64,000 nucleotides of DNA from assembly GCA_965368975.1 (NCBI GenBank), contig CBDUPA010000002.1:416001-480000 (forward strand). Reading direction: 5' to 3'. The notes beneath the pieces are model-generated. The model was not told the DNA's origin. It saw only the letters and a program-made list of their open reading frames with translations, and made no database searches. Both the position numbers and the translations under genes were made by a program. This document shows, piece after piece, positions 28,701 to 39,800 of the stretch. The DNA is from an uncultured bacterium (GTDB lineage Bacteria; Acidobacteriota; Thermoanaerobaculia; Multivoradales; JAHZIX01). Positions within the stretch are counted from its first letter, which is position 1; each line of letters opens with the position of its first letter.

Positions 28701-31700
28701 ATGCCCTGGATGCACACGCGCACCAACTCTTGCCCTTCGAACGCCTGGTCGAGGCCCTCTCGCCACGGCGCAGCCCGGAGCACACGCCGCTGTTCCAGGT
28801 GCTCTTCGCGCTCCAGAACGCTCCCAAGGGTCGCGTCGCCAGTGGCGCTCTAGTGCTCGAACCCCTGCCGTCTCATAGCGCCTCAGCCAAATTCGACCTT
28901 AGCCTCCTCCTTTCGGAGAACGCAGGCAGCATCGAAGGTTCGCTGGAGTACGACACCGACCTCTTCGATAGGACGACGGCACAGCGGCTCGTGCGACGCT
29001 ACCTGCGTCTGCTCGCCGCCGTCGCCAAGGAACCTCAGCAGGGCTTGGCGCGTCTGCCGATGCTGACCGCCTCGGAACACCACCAACTCCTGTGGGAAGC
29101 CGGGCTCGGTGCCTGGCACCCGTGGAGTCCCGCTGGTAGCAGTACTGCCAATAGTACCGGCAGCAGTACTGGCAGCAGCCAGCTAGACCTCGAAACCCAC
29201 CAAGGCGTAGACAGCTCCATCGATGTCGGCAAGCGCGCCGAGACCGAGATCGGCGATGCCCTCCTCGGCGATGCCCTCCTCGACGCTCCCCTGGCCGGCA
29301 TCGTGCGCGGCATCTGGGCGGAAGTCCTCGAACGGCCCACCTCCTCGATCCACCTCGACGACGATTTCTTCCAGCTCGGCGGACATTCCCTGCTGGCAAC
29401 GCGCGTCACCGGCCGGCTCTTGGATGTACTCGGCGTCGACCTACCGCTGCGCACGCTGTTCGAACATCCCACGCTGGCCTCGCTCAGCCAGGAGATCCAA
29501 AGGCGGCGGGGTCAGGCAGGTGGAACAGAGTCACCCTCGACCGTGCCTCCCTTGACGGCACCGAAACCCGACCACGAGCGGACGGAAGCGCCGCTGTCCT
29601 TTGCCCAGCAACGCCTGTGGCTGCTGGAGCAGCTGCGACCGGGCGACCCCGCCTACAACTTGCCGCTGGCGCTGCGTCTGCGCGGGCCGCTGGAACTACG
29701 GCGCCTGGCCCGTGCCTTCGACGCCGTCGTCGCACGGCATCACAGCCTGCGCACCGTCTTCGCGCCGGGAGAGGATTCAGTGCGCCAGCCCCGACAGCCC
29801 CGGCAGCTCGTGCAGCCGCCTGCTCCCGTGCCCCTGCCCGTCGTCGACGTGGCGGGCGTGCCCGGCACCGTCGCTGATGCGCTCGTGCGGGCGTTGATCC
29901 AACGCGAGGCAGCACGCTCCTTCGACCTTCGCCGAGGCCCCCTTCTACGCACCCTGCTGCTACGCAGGAGCGCGCTCGAGCACGCGCTGGTCGTCAACCA
30001 GCACCACATCGTCTCCGATGGCTGGTCCCTGGGCTTGCTGACCTCCGAGCTGAGTCGGTACTACGCTCAGCCAACCACCTCCGCGTCTGGCTCGGATGGG
30101 CTACCGGCGCTGCAGTACCCCGACTTTGCCGCCTGGCAGCGCTCGGAGGCGGGGCTACAAGCGCTGGAACGTGACCTGGCCTGGTGGCGTCACCAGCTCG
30201 CTGGCGCGCCACTGCGCCTGGAGTTGCCCTACGACCGGCCCCCGACGCTGGCCACCTCCAGTGACGCAGGCCCCAGGCGCCCCGGCGCCATGTGCGCGAT
30301 CCGCCTCGACAGCGCGTCGACCGCCAGCCTGCACCGGCTCGCCCGGCGCGAAGGGGCCACTCTCTTCATGGTGCTGCTCGCCGCCTTCCAAACACTGCTG
30401 GCGCGGCACCTGGCACCCGATGTCGCTCCCAACACTGGAGTCTGGGATATCAGCGTCGGCATCCCGACCGCCGGACGCACCCGGCCCGAACTCGAGACGC
30501 TGATCGGCTTCTTCGTCAACACCCTGGTGCTGCGCAGTCAGCTCCACCCCGAAGAGTCGTTCCAAGACCTGCTGCGGCGCGTGCGTCAATTCACCCTCGA
30601 CGCCCACAACCACCAAAGCGTCCCCTTCGAACGCCTGGTCGAAGAAGTCGCCCCGGAACGCAGCCTGCTGCACACACCGCTGTTCCAGGTCATGCTGGCG
30701 CTGCAGAACGTCCCCCAACAAGCCACCGCTGGTGGTGACCTGGTGCTCGAACGCCTGCCTGCGCACAGTGCCGCGGCCAAGTTCGACCTGACACTGAACC
30801 TGACGGAGACCCGCACTACAGGAGTCTCTACGACAGCAACGAGTGCAGCGGGTCTGCACGGATCCTTGGAATACGACACCCTCCTCTTCGACGCCACCAC
30901 CGCCCAGCGCCTGGCCCACCGCCTCGAACGCGTGCTCGTCAGCCTGGCCAGATCGACGGAAGATCCGGCAGAAGAAGCGCCGAGGCTGCGCGACCTCGAC
31001 CTGCTGGGCCCTGCGCAGCGACACCAGCTGCTGCTCGAATGGAGCCAGAGTTGCACCTGGAACAGTGACATCCATGGTGCGAGTGAACCCTGCCCTCTCT
31101 TCGCCGGCATCTACGAGCAGGCCCAACGTCGACCGGACGCCATCGCGGTCGCGGGCGAGCGGCTGCACCTGAGCTACGGCAGCCTGCGGCATCGCGCCGG
31201 CAATCTGGCGTCCACGCTGCGGGCGCGCGGCCTGCGACGCGAAGACACCGTGGGCGTGCGCCTGGAGCGCAGTGCCGAGCTGGTAGTGGCGCTGCTCGGC
31301 GTCCTCGAAGCGGGCGGCACCTACCTGCCACTCGACGCCCAACACCCCCTGACGCGCCAGCAGCAAGTGCTCGACGCCGCCGCGCCACGCCTTCTGTTGA
31401 GCCACCACCTGCTGAGCCGGGCAACGTCGAGCCCGTCGACCGAGCGCGAGACACCCGAGGACAGGGCACCGAGTAGCGTCGAAACCCTGGACCCCCTCGC
31501 CGCCGACGAAGCGCCCGTCGCGGGTCTCGCAACGCCGGCCGTCGTCCCCGACCAACTCGCCTACCTCATCTTCACCTCCGGCACCACCGGCCGCCCCAAA
31601 GGCGTTGCCCTGACGCATGCTCAGGCGGCCCCCCTGATCACCTCGACACCGCGGCTGCTCGGCCTGCGCCCTGGTCATCGAGTGCTGGAGTACATCTCGC

Positions 31701-32995
31701 CGGCCTTCGACTACTCCGTATTCAAGTTGCTGAGCACCCTGCGCGCCGGAGCCACGCTGGTCGATCCCGGTGCTCACCGTCGTCGGGATGCAGCCCGCTT
31801 CGAACAGCTGCTGCGGCGCTACGACATCGACGTCTTCCTCGCCACCCCGTCGCTCGTCGCGCAGCTGACGTCGCGGCTCGTGGAACCGACACTCCCAGCC
31901 GTCGAGATCCTGCACCTGGCCGGCGAAGCCCTGCCCGCGAACCTCCTGCCGCAGCTAGGTAGAGCCTTCCCACGCGCCCGCCTCTACGGCCACTACGGCC
32001 CGACCGAAGGTGCGATCAGCGCATCAATCACGCGACTCGATGCTGACACCCTGCATGGGAAGGTTCCGGTACCGGCTTCCCCGAGCAGCAGGACACCCGC
32101 GACCCCGATCGGGCGTCCGACACTCGGCAAGCGTGTTTACGTCCTCGACGCCTGGCTGCGGACCGTGCCGCTCGGGGTACCTGGCGAGCTGTGCATCGGC
32201 GGCCAGGTCGCGCGCGGCTACCTGGGTGACGCCGGCAAGACGGCCACAAGCTTCCTGCCCGATGCCTTCTCCACCCAGGCCGGCGGCCGGCTCTACAAGA
32301 CCGGCGACCTCGTGCGCCATCTCGCCGACGGCCAGCTACAGTTCCTCGGCCGCGCCGACGACCAGGTCAAGCTGCGGGGCTTCCGCGTCGAGCTGGGCGA
32401 GATCGAAGCCGCCCTGGTACGCCATCCGGCGGTCAGCGAAGCCGCGGCCCTGGTGCATGGCGAGGGCCCGCAGGCCCGCCTGGTCGCGGCCTATGTTGCG
32501 GCAGAGGGCACGGCTCCAGAGGGCACGGCTCCAGAACCCGGCGAGTTGCGCGAGTTCCTCTCGCACCAGCTGCCGGCCGCGCTCGTGCCTGGCGGCTTCC
32601 TGCAGGTCGATGCACTACCGCGGACCAGCGCCGGCAAGCTGGACCGGCGAGCGCTGGCCAAGGCTGCGGCGGAGAGTGCCGCGGAGCACGCGACCGCTCT
32701 CGGCGCACGCATGCACGAGCCGCCCGAAGGTGAACTCGAAGCGATTCTGGCCGAATACTTCCAGGATCTGCTCGGCGTCGAACACGTCGGTCGTCACGAC
32801 GACTTCTTCGACCTCGGTGGTCACTCGATGGTCGCCACCTGGCTGATCGGCCGCATCGTCGAAGAACTCAGCGTCGAGCTGCCGCTGCAAGCGCTGTTCG
32901 AAGCCCCCACCATCGCCGGCCTCGCGCGACTGATCGCGCCACGGCTGCCAGAAGACACCGCCGTCGACCCCGCGGCGGAAGACCAGGGGCTATAA
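22790..32995 (+). CDS. NRPS: degenerate C (interface-like)-C-A-T-C-T-C-A-T, no TE (likely start TTG 22865)
   Basis: [15 protein letters not shown] (~23234); HHIAGDG (~24563); A1 TSGTTGRPK (~26132); GGHS (~27410); HHIVSDG (~28046); GGHS (~29378); HHIVSDG (~30002); A2 [10 protein letters not shown] (~31575); GGHS (~32816). Confidence 0.95.
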   Translation: MLSSSRVMLCNHPVRASQTDERDLQLTQDSSSQQGFRCSPQQLRAWRTAASGCLLAVPWPAYRPRQLQQRLNATVDRHEILRTRVELPEGTAEPEQVLDECGSLHLVTLDLRRLSEVDAEQMLPRLLGGRAPVVLRVPGPKAPRLVLALPATLGDLHSLELWAAELGAMHEEAEEPEEPVQYADVAEVFQQLLESEETAEGRSFWDGKVVEDQLAEMPPSHPGHPQGGAPTAGTTPAPTTSALAESTLLATYLLWLHHLTGRVRRTLAVRRDGRGHPGLDTALGPFARYLPLTVTYHPDLTWTSWVEHVEAELRQLDARQDYFDPARLGTSADEAYFLPFRFDIVPEVPGYQPTLALDLGEPCHLGLSCRRQGAGREREGTWETTWIHDPRIYPQDEADKLARSFTQLLDACVSAPASTRLPPLVEVLDAATLPILYEPSPLPDRIVPLARPERVPASFAQQRLWLVDRLHPGSAIYNLPQASRLRGPLQLNRLQAALDTVVQRHESLRTVFEEHDGAPWQRILPPYHLPLPIVDLSALPESRRWQLGHVLAAREARRPFDLRHDPMLRGLLLRLHTDEKQANDHALLLTLHHIAGDGWSLPILQREIATLAAGGPRALPRLHVQYADFTLWQRARLQGAHLQTLLDWWRRQLAEQPESLSLPFDHAHKRDHKGRPIAPTRGGNHRHVLSPELAGALQDLAATAGASYFMVLLAALHAWLSRITGQRHVAVGSATAGRDRVEIEGLIGFFVNTLVLPADLGSGSGPSCCRPSFRDLLGQARNTALEAQAHAEIPFERLVAELAPRRSADDAPLVQVMLVVQNLPQQATSATPTSDTAGGLRLEGLPSDSVTDEADTKQDFPARFDLTLTADVPVPGQGGWLSLTYRRSRFDSTTAQRCLAQLVQMLRAAVARPDTAVAELALFDAGQQHQLLHEWSQQDGPRFDVDLLADSSRGSGTLARDSTTLAGVLPRQVRRWPDAIAVVDGRRHLSYNRLLVEAERVAARLHTLGLPTNEEAVAVLTAGRPEPVALLAVYLAGAAFLPLDADQPPARLARILDDARPCAALLPPGTEDRLPSDPEIPHRLALTPDSSASEPVLRTKHGTPHPDQLAYVIYTSGTTGRPKAAGNTHRGILPFLAWVLETYPLRRGWRTLPHLSPAFDVGFLELSSTLLAGGTLVLAPERDLRRMARWIERWSIQIVHGTPSSLTEIVEAARRERRSLHSLRVVDVAGEAFPLALQEKLQSTLAPDCRIWNLYGPSEASIACTAYLLPAHRPDIEQGARGSVPIGTALGNARVLLLDAAGQPVPPGVAGELFVGGVDLGNTGTGLSETDCTGVGRGYLRRPARTAGSFLPDAFYTSGKGGARLYRTGDLVRRHADGRLEFLGRRDHQVKLRGIRIEIGEIEAALHRHPKVAEAAVELRRDLPGGPALVAFVVPRTGKPAQLDNPRAFLTDRLPAAMVPTRYHHLDALPRTPNRKLDRKRLRQLDLGQIDLGPGRSAHSRRPTLDAEQDPLLATIRDVWATVLEQSAASISPTDDFFQLGGHSLLATRVVGRLHECLGVDLPLRSMFDHPTLEALSKLVGTKLNKDGHGQESIGTSLPAIEPRPDLLEAPLSLAQQRLWFLDQLEPGDPAYNLPSALRLRGPLNVERLTLALTHICARHTSLRTVFLRDLSNLEDLVEAGGGIPAKQVVQPVHRRSFPVVDLERLAPATRPLAQQLILQETSRPFDLRHGPVLRALLLRLGPRDHALVINQHHIVSDGWSMGILTSELTALYAAGSPEAAQLPTLPVQYTDYARWQHEQLGKAVLQRDLEYWRQRLDGAPERLQLPFDRPPQARPRRGGATVPVRIAADVVETLHPLGRETSATLFMTLLAAFQTLLARHICTDHRDTDYSDTDYSDTDYSDTDHSDTSHIGIGASTAPRWDVSVGTPLAGRARPELEALIGFFVSTLVLRARPRPREGFVELLRRVRDHALDAHAHQLLPFERLVEALSPRRSPEHTPLFQVLFALQNAPKGRVASGALVLEPLPSHSASAKFDLSLLLSENAGSIEGSLEYDTDLFDRTTAQRLVRRYLRLLAAVAKEPQQGLARLPMLTASEHHQLLWEAGLGAWHPWSPAGSSTANSTGSSTGSSQLDLETHQGVDSSIDVGKRAETEIGDALLGDALLDAPLAGIVRGIWAEVLERPTSSIHLDDDFFQLGGHSLLATRVTGRLLDVLGVDLPLRTLFEHPTLASLSQEIQRRRGQAGGTESPSTVPPLTAPKPDHERTEAPLSFAQQRLWLLEQLRPGDPAYNLPLALRLRGPLELRRLARAFDAVVARHHSLRTVFAPGEDSVRQPRQPRQLVQPPAPVPLPVVDVAGVPGTVADALVRALIQREAARSFDLRRGPLLRTLLLRRSALEHALVVNQHHIVSDGWSLGLLTSELSRYYAQPTTSASGSDGLPALQYPDFAAWQRSEAGLQALERDLAWWRHQLAGAPLRLELPYDRPPTLATSSDAGPRRPGAMCAIRLDSASTASLHRLARREGATLFMVLLAAFQTLLARHLAPDVAPNTGVWDISVGIPTAGRTRPELETLIGFFVNTLVLRSQLHPEESFQDLLRRVRQFTLDAHNHQSVPFERLVEEVAPERSLLHTPLFQVMLALQNVPQQATAGGDLVLERLPAHSAAAKFDLTLNLTETRTTGVSTTATSAAGLHGSLEYDTLLFDATTAQRLAHRLERVLVSLARSTEDPAEEAPRLRDLDLLGPAQRHQLLLEWSQSCTWNSDIHGASEPCPLFAGIYEQAQRRPDAIAVAGERLHLSYGSLRHRAGNLASTLRARGLRREDTVGVRLERSAELVVALLGVLEAGGTYLPLDAQHPLTRQQQVLDAAAPRLLLSHHLLSRATSSPSTERETPEDRAPSSVETLDPLAADEAPVAGLATPAVVPDQLAYLIFTSGTTGRPKGVALTHAQAAPLITSTPRLLGLRPGHRVLEYISPAFDYSVFKLLSTLRAGATLVDPGAHRRRDAARFEQLLRRYDIDVFLATPSLVAQLTSRLVEPTLPAVEILHLAGEALPANLLPQLGRAFPRARLYGHYGPTEGAISASITRLDADTLHGKVPVPASPSSRTPATPIGRPTLGKRVYVLDAWLRTVPLGVPGELCIGGQVARGYLGDAGKTATSFLPDAFSTQAGGRLYKTGDLVRHLADGQLQFLGRADDQVKLRGFRVELGEIEAALVRHPAVSEAAALVHGEGPQARLVAAYVAAEGTAPEGTAPEPGELREFLSHQLPAALVPGGFLQVDALPRTSAGKLDRRALAKAAAESAAEHATALGARMHEPPEGELEAILAEYFQDLLGVEHVGRHDDFFDLGGHSMVATWLIGRIVEELSVELPLQALFEAPTIAGLARLIAPRLPEDTAVDPAAEDQGL
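28436..28525 (+). repeat. In-frame 15-nt tandem repeat (GACACTGATTACAGC x3 plus degenerate copies) encoding DTDYS inside a C domain
   Basis: Perfect copies at 28451-28495, a one-mismatch copy at 28496-28510, and decayed copies on both sides. Confidence 0.95.
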
Positions 32996-32996
32996 T
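32991..32996 (+). promoter_or_regulatory. Possible -10 box (TATAAT) overlapping the NRPS stop codon, 9 nt before the HD gene ATG
   Basis: Perfect TATAAT in GC-rich DNA; no SD before ATG 33006; no obvious -35. Confidence 0.45.
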
Positions 32997-33005
32997 CCGT
33001 CGCGC

Positions 33006-33620
33006 ATGGACAAACACGACACCACACCTTCCTCGCTGCAACGCCTCGACCAGCAGATCCGCTTTACCCTCGAAATCGACAACCTGAAGCACGTCATCCG
33101 ACGCTGCTACCTGGTCAACGGTGAGCGGCGCGAGAACACCGCCGAGCACAGCTGGCACCTGGCGGTGGGCGCCGTGGTGCTGGCCGAGCACGTCGACGAA
33201 GAGGTCGACCTGCTGCGGGTGCTCAAGATGGCGCTGATCCACGACATCGTCGAGATCGACGCTGGGGACACCTTCGCCTACGATGCGAAAGGCTACGAGG
33301 ACAAGGCCGAGCGCGAACAACTTGCGGCCGAGCGGCTGTTCGGCCTGCTGCCCGAGAATCAGGCCAGCGAGTTCCGCCAGCTGTGGCACGAGTTCGAGGC
33401 CATCGAGACGCCGGAGGCCCGCTTCGCCACCGCCCTCGACCGCCTGATGCCGATGCTGCACAACTACCACACCGAAGGCCGCGCCTGGCGCGAACACGGC
33501 GTCACCAGCGAGCAAGTCCTGGGACGCATGAAAGACATCCGGCCCGCGTCGGAAAGCTTGTGGCAATTCGTCCAGGCGCTGGTACAGGACGCGGTCGACA
33601 AGGGCTTCCTGGCGGCCTGA
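33006..33620 (+). CDS. HD-domain phosphohydrolase (YfbR/HDDC2-like, HD_3)
   Basis: RRENTAEHSWH, LIHDIVEIDAGD, LWHEFE, EARFATALDR. Confidence 0.9.
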   Translation: MDKHDTTPSSLQRLDQQIRFTLEIDNLKHVIRRCYLVNGERRENTAEHSWHLAVGAVVLAEHVDEEVDLLRVLKMALIHDIVEIDAGDTFAYDAKGYEDKAEREQLAAERLFGLLPENQASEFRQLWHEFEAIETPEARFATALDRLMPMLHNYHTEGRAWREHGVTSEQVLGRMKDIRPASESLWQFVQALVQDAVDKGFLAA

Positions 33621-33642
33621 TCCGCCGGACGAAAGGAACGAT

Positions 33643-34563
33643 GTGCCCAACGATTCAGACACCCAGAGCGGCTTCGACATTCAAAGTGTAGAGATCGGCG
33701 GACGCCCCGTCGGCCCCGGACACCCGACCTACATCATCGGTGAGATCGGCATCAACCACAACGGCGATCTCGACGTCGCCCGCAAGTTGATCGACGCCGC
33801 CGCACTGGCCGGCTGCGACGCGGTGAAGTTCCAGAAGCGCACACCAGAGGTCTGCGTGCCACCCGAGCAGCAAAGTGTGATGCGTGAGACACCGTGGGGG
33901 CTGATCAGCTACCTCGACTACCGCTACAAGGTCGAGTTCGGCGAAGACGAGTACCGGCAGATTGACGCCTACTGCAAGGACAAAGGCATCCATTGGTTCG
34001 CCTCACCCTGGGATGTCCCCTCTGTCGACTTCCTCGAAGCCTTCGACCCCGTCTGCTACAAAGTAGCTTCCGCCTGCCTCACCGACGCCGACCTGCTCAC
34101 ACGCCTGCACGCCACCGGCCGGCCGGTGATCCTGTCGACCGGCATGTCGACGCTGGACGAGATCCGCACGGCCGTCGCGCGCCTGGGCGAGGGGCAGGGC
34201 AAGGAACGCTTGTTGGTCGCCCACACCACCAGCACCTATCCCTGCCCGGCGGAAGAGCTGAATCTGCAGATGATCGACACCCTGGCCCAGGAGTTCGGCG
34301 TACCGATCGGCTACTCAGGGCACGAGGTCGGCCTGCAAACCACCTGCGCCGCGGTCGTCCTCGGCGCCTGCTTCGTCGAGCGTCACATCACCGTCGACCG
34401 CGCCATGTGGGGCAGCGACCAGGCCGCCTCGGTCGAGCCCTGGGGCCTGATGCGCCTGGTGCGCGACATCCGCGTGGTCGAAAAGGCCCTCGGCGACGGC
34501 GTCAAGCAGGTGTACGACAGCGAAAAGAAGGCCCGCGCCAAACTGCGTCGCGTGACGTCCTGA
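33643..34563 (+). CDS. N-acetylneuraminate synthase (NeuB) family PEP-dependent synthase, short form without C-terminal SAF/antifreeze domain
   Basis: IIGEIGINHNGD, DAVKFQKR, YKVAS, ILSTGMS, HTTSTYP, GYSGHE, ERHIT. Confidence 0.92.
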   Translation: MPNDSDTQSGFDIQSVEIGGRPVGPGHPTYIIGEIGINHNGDLDVARKLIDAAALAGCDAVKFQKRTPEVCVPPEQQSVMRETPWGLISYLDYRYKVEFGEDEYRQIDAYCKDKGIHWFASPWDVPSVDFLEAFDPVCYKVASACLTDADLLTRLHATGRPVILSTGMSTLDEIRTAVARLGEGQGKERLLVAHTTSTYPCPAEELNLQMIDTLAQEFGVPIGYSGHEVGLQTTCAAVVLGACFVERHITVDRAMWGSDQAASVEPWGLMRLVRDIRVVEKALGDGVKQVYDSEKKARAKLRRVTS

Positions 34564-34595
34564 CACTCTTCTTCTGAATCCCGTCCGGAGAACTG

Positions 34596-35306
34596 ATGCG
34601 TCATCTACTCTTGATCAGCACGTCCCGTACCCACGGCACCGGCTTCCTTGAACACTGCGCCAGAGACCTGCAAGAGCGCTTCCAGAGCGCCGCCGATGCC
34701 GCAAAGCCGGTGATTTTCGTCCCGTACGCCTTCAAGGACTACGACAGCTACATCGCCATCGCGCGTCCAGCGTTCGAGAGCATGGGTTTCACGTGCCGCG
34801 GCATCCACGAAGGCGATCCGCGCCAGAACCTGCAGGAGGCAGGGGCGGTGTTCATCGGTGGCGGCAACACGTTCCGTCTCCTCGACACCTTGTACCGCGA
34901 GCAGCTCGTCGAACCCCTGCGTGAACGGGTCGGGAACGGCATGCCCTACGCCGGTGCCAGTGCCGGCTCCAACGTCGCTACGCTCAACATCCGCACCACC
35001 AACGACATGCCGATCCTCCAGCCACCCACCTTCGACGCACTGGGCTTCATCCCGTTCAACCTCAACCCGCACTACCTGGACCCGGATCCGAACTCCAAGC
35101 ACATGGGCGAGACCCGCGAGACACGGATCAAGGAGTTTCACGAAGAGAACGAGCAGCCGGTGTTGGGACTGCGGGAAGGATCGATGCTGTGGGTGGACGA
35201 CGACACGGCGCAGATCCGTGGTGAAGTCGGGGCACGATTGTTCTTGCGCGGTGAAAAGGCGCGGGAGCTGGAGCCGGGTGCGGATGTGTCGTTCTTGCTA
35301 ACCTAG
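34596..35306 (+). CDS. pepE: Peptidase E (Asp-specific dipeptidase, S51)
   Basis: FVPYA, GGGNTFRLL, GASAGSNV, TTNDMPI, NPHY, HMGETRETRI. Confidence 0.95.
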   Translation: MRHLLLISTSRTHGTGFLEHCARDLQERFQSAADAAKPVIFVPYAFKDYDSYIAIARPAFESMGFTCRGIHEGDPRQNLQEAGAVFIGGGNTFRLLDTLYREQLVEPLRERVGNGMPYAGASAGSNVATLNIRTTNDMPILQPPTFDALGFIPFNLNPHYLDPDPNSKHMGETRETRIKEFHEENEQPVLGLREGSMLWVDDDTAQIRGEVGARLFLRGEKARELEPGADVSFLLT

Positions 35307-35447
35307 CCGCCAGATCTTGGCTTGCCCAGAGCGTTCCGGCACAGACTCCGGCGGTCTGGTATCGTCGCTCTTCCGCCCCGCGGACCACCGATTATCCTGC
35401 GGTATACTTCGCATTCACGCTCATTATCCTCAAAACAAGCTGAGATC

Positions 35448-36869
35448 ATGTTCGACGGACTCCAAGGCAAGCTCAACGACGTCTTCCGCAACCTGCGTGG
35501 CGAAGGACGCATCACTGAACAGACGCTGAACGCGGCGCTACGCCAGATCCGATTGGCGATGCTGGAGGCGGACGTGCACATCCGCGTGGTGCGGCCGTTC
35601 ATCGACCGTATTCGCGAGAAGTCGCTGGGGCAGGAAGTCCTGCAAAGCCTGTCAGCGCCGCAGCAGGTGATCAAGATCGTCCGCGACGAGTTGATCGGGC
35701 TGCTGGGGGAAGACGGCGCCGAGCTGCGGCTGGACAAGCGCCCTTCCGTCGTCCTGATGTGCGGCTTGCAGGGTTCGGGTAAGACGACGACTTCTGGCAA
35801 GCTGGCCAAGCGGCTCAAGAGCAAGGGCCGGCAACCTCTGCTGGTGGCCGGTGACTTGCAGCGCGCGGCGGCGGTGGAGCAGCTGGTCCAAGTGGGCAGT
35901 CAGGCCGGAACCCCGGTGGTGCAGCCCGAGGACGGAGAGGGCGTGCTGGCACTGGCCAAACGGGCCCTTCGGCATGCTCAGGATCACGGCAACGACACCC
36001 TGATCTTCGATACCGCCGGCCGTCTGCACGTCGACACCGAGTTGATGGACGAGCTGAAGGCACTGGCGAAGCAACTGGATCCGCAGGAGATCCTGTTCGT
36101 CGCCGACTCGATGACCGGTCAGGACGCGGTGCGCAGTGCCGAGCAGTTCGCCGAGGCGCTCGACCTCACTGGCGTGGTGTTGACCAAGATGGACGGCGAC
36201 ACGCGCGGTGGTGCGGCGCTGTCGATCCGCACCGTGGCACGGGTGCCGATCCGCTTCGTGGGTGTCGGCGAGAAGCTGGAGGAGATCGAACTCTTCCACC
36301 CGGAGCGCCTGGCCGGACGCATGATCGGCATGGGCGACGTGCTCAGCCTGATCGAGAAGGCCGAGCAGAACATCGACCAGGAAGAAGCCGAGCGCCTGGC
36401 CAAGCGGGCGATGAAGGCCCAGTTCACGCTCGAGGATCTGCGCGACCAGCTCAAGCAGCTGCGGCGCATGGGCCCGCTCAGTCAGATCCTGGGCATGCTA
36501 CCCAAGGCCGGTCCGCTCAAAGGTCTCGACGCCTCGCAGGTGGACGAGTCGCAGTTCAAGCGCATCGAAGCGTTGATCAACTCGATGACGGCGGAGGAAC
36601 GGCGACGCCCCGAGGTGTTCAATTCCAGCCGCAAGCGGCGCGTGGCGAAGGGCTCCGGCACGTCCGTCGCCGAGCTGAACCGGCTGCTCAAGCAGTACAA
36701 GACGATGCGCAAGATGCTCAAGGGCAAGCAAGGCAAGATGATGCGTAAGATGATGAGCGGCGGTATGGATATGGGCGGTGGCGGTGGTCTGGGCTTGGGC
36801 GGCGGAGGCGGCTTGGGCGGCGGAGGCGGCTTTGGGGGCGGAGGCGGCCTGGGCGGCGGGCGGTTCTAG
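35448..36869 (+). CDS. ffh: Signal recognition particle protein Ffh with Gly-rich tail
   Basis: True start ATG 35448 (MFDGLQGKL). GLQGSGKTT, DTAGR, TKMDGD, GMGDV, INSMT..ER. TATACT candidate -10 at 35403-35408. Confidence 0.98.
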   Translation: MFDGLQGKLNDVFRNLRGEGRITEQTLNAALRQIRLAMLEADVHIRVVRPFIDRIREKSLGQEVLQSLSAPQQVIKIVRDELIGLLGEDGAELRLDKRPSVVLMCGLQGSGKTTTSGKLAKRLKSKGRQPLLVAGDLQRAAAVEQLVQVGSQAGTPVVQPEDGEGVLALAKRALRHAQDHGNDTLIFDTAGRLHVDTELMDELKALAKQLDPQEILFVADSMTGQDAVRSAEQFAEALDLTGVVLTKMDGDTRGGAALSIRTVARVPIRFVGVGEKLEEIELFHPERLAGRMIGMGDVLSLIEKAEQNIDQEEAERLAKRAMKAQFTLEDLRDQLKQLRRMGPLSQILGMLPKAGPLKGLDASQVDESQFKRIEALINSMTAEERRRPEVFNSSRKRRVAKGSGTSVAELNRLLKQYKTMRKMLKGKQGKMMRKMMSGGMDMGGGGGLGLGGGGGLGGGGGFGGGGGLGGGRF

Positions 36870-36885
36870 CACCCGGTAGGACGCC

Positions 36886-39800
36886 GTGGAGCAACAGAGC
36901 ACCGGCCTTGAGATCGCGGTCATCGGCTTGGCTGGACGCTTCCCTGGTGCCCCGGACATCGAGACCTTCTGGCGCAATCTCGACGCTGGCGTCGAGAGCA
37001 TTCGCTCCTTCAGCGACGAGGAACTGCTGGAGGCCGGTGTTGCGCTGGAGATACTGGCGGATCCGGCGTACGTCCGGGCGCGCGGCTATCTCGACGACAG
37101 CGAGCTGTTCGACGCGGAGCTGTTCGGCTTCAATGCACGCGAGGCGGAGATTCTCGATCCCCAGCAGCGCTTGTTCCTGGAAGTCGCTTGGAGCGCACTT
37201 GAGCACGCCGGCTACGGCCGCGGCGGCGAACGACCGTCAGTAGGCGTCTACGCTGGCGTCAGCCTCAACGGCTATTTCCTGAACAACCTGCAGACGCGCC
37301 CCGAGGTGCTGGCGGCGGTCGGTACGATGCAGGTCGGCACCGGAATCGACAAGGACTTCCTGGCGACGCGCGTTTCCTACAAGCTGGATCTGCAAGGTCC
37401 CAGCGTCAGCGTCCAGACCGCGTGCTCGACGTCGCTGGTGGCGGTGCACCTGGCGTGCCAGGCACTGCTCTGCGGTGAATGTGACATCGCCCTGGCAGGC
37501 GGTGCGTCGTTGGGTGTACCGCCGGTCTCCGGCTACCTGTACCAGGAAGGCGGCATCCTGTCTCCGGATGGGCATTGCCGCGCTTTCGACGCTGACGCCG
37601 CGGGCTGTCTGGCCGGGCACGGCGCCGGCGCGGTGGTGCTCAAGCGGCTCGACGACGCGCTGGCCGACCGCGACACGCTGTACGCGGTGATCAAGGGCTC
37701 GGCAATCAACAACGACGGGGCGCTGAAGGCTGGCTACACGGCACCGAGCGTCGACGGACAGGCTGCCGTGGTGCGGGCAGCACTGCGCGTGGCCGAGGTC
37801 GAGCCGTCGTCCATCGGCCTGATCGAAGCGCATGGCACGGGCACGCCGCTGGGAGATCCGATCGAGATCACCGCGCTGCGGCAGGCTTTTGAGATCGACG
37901 AGCAGGCGCTCGACCCCGGCAGCTGCGCGATCGGCTCGGTGAAGACGAACATCGGTCATCTCGATGCCGCTGCCGGCATCGCCGGCCTGATCAAGGCCGT
38001 GCAGGCGCTGCGCTACCGGCGACTGCCACCGAGCCTGCACTTCCGCACGCCCAATCCCCAGCTGCAACTCGATCGCTCGCCCTTCTTCGTGCCGGTCGAG
38101 AGTGCGGCTTGGGCGGCGGCAGACGGGGCTGGTTGGCCCCGGCGGGCGGGGGTGAGCTCCTTCGGCATCGGCGGGACCAACGCCCACGTGATCCTGGAGG
38201 AAGCGCCGTGCATCGATGCGGCGGACCGGCGCGAGACGGCTCGACCCTGGCAGCTGCTGTGTCTCAGCGGACAGCGTCAGGAGGCCATCGAGCAGCTGTG
38301 CCACGCACTGGCAGCACAGCTGAGCGAGACGGGGGACGTCCCTCTTGCAGACGTCGCCTACACTCTCCACCTCGGTCGGCGACCCTTGCGGCACCGCGCG
38401 GTTGTGGTAGCCCGAGACATCGCCGACGCGGCGCGAGTACTGGCTGGCGACATGCCCGAGCGCCTGCTGCACGGCACGGCCACCCAGGGCCGCACGCCCG
38501 TCGCGTTCTTGTTCTCTGGTCAGGGCACACAGTACCCCGGTATGGCGCGCGAGCTGTACGAGCGCGAGCCCGTGTTCCGGCGCCACCTGGACTACTGCCT
38601 GGAGTTGCTGCAACCCCACCTGGACACGGACCTGCGTCGTTGGTTGCTGCCGGTGGACAGTGAAGAGGGGCAGGCCGCGGAGGCGTTGCGGCGCACCGAG
38701 CTGACGCAGCCGGCACTGTTCGCCGTCGAGCATGCGCTGTACGAGCTGTGGCAGAGCTGGGGCGTCGAGCCGGACGCGCTGTTGGGGCACAGCATCGGCG
38801 AGTGGGTCGCCGCTTGCCGGGCCGGCGTGCTGACGCTCGAGGCGGCGCTCGAGGCCATCGCGCTGCGCGGACGCCTGGTGGCACAGTGTCCGCTGGGCGC
38901 CATGCTCAGCGTTCCCTTGTCGGAAGCGGAACTCGAGACCTGGCTGACAGGCCGGAACGTCGAGATCGCGGCGATCAACGCGCCACGGCTGTGCGCGGTG
39001 GCCGGGCCGCATGCCGACGTCGAAGCGCTGGAGGCTGAGCTGCGCGCCGACGGCGTCGAGGTTCGGCGGCTACACACCTCGCACGCGTTTCATACGCATG
39101 CCCTGCAGCCAGCGGCGACAGCCTTGCAGGAGCACCTGAGGCATGTCGAGTTGCGCGCGCCGCACTTGCCTTTTGTCTCCAATGTCACCGGAACCTGGAT
39201 CACCGAGAGCGAAGCCACCGACCCCGCCTACTGGGGTCACCAGCTTCTGCGGCCGGTGCGCTTCGCGGACGGCCTGGGGACGCTGCTCGGTTCTTCGCTC
39301 GGAGGCGGCCGGCGCTTGCTGCTGGAAGTCGGCCCTGGGCACACCTTGAGCCGGCTGGCTCGGTTGCATCCGAGCTTCGCCGAGGATCGAGGAGGTCCAC
39401 TTCCCGTGGTGGCATCTCTACCACCGGCACCGAGAGCCGGCATCGCCACCCAGAGCGCGAAGACGTCGACCGAAGATGCGCAAGCGTCGATGCTGACGGC
39501 CCTCGGCCGCCTGTGGCAGTGCGGCGTCCAGGTCGACTGGCAGCTTCTGTACGACGGCCAGGCGCGACGCCGGCGGCCGTTGCCGACGTATCCGTTCCAG
39601 CACCGTCGCTACTGGCTCGACGCCGCTCCTCGGCAGGAGGCCAGCGGCGCTAGCGCGACGAGCCGGCAGCCGCTACCGAGATGGTTCTGGCGACCGGTCT
39701 GGCAACAGGCTCCTCCGGCAACGGCCGCTGCACTCCCGGGCGACCGGCCACGACACCTAGTGCTCGCAGGCGAGCCGGGCAAGGCTCGTGACGAACTGGC

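Noticed and set aside
35307-35447. Possible SRP RNA (ffs) upstream of ffh
   Set aside because: No GGAA tetraloop/GCAGC domain IV signature was seen; the region looks like a promoter.
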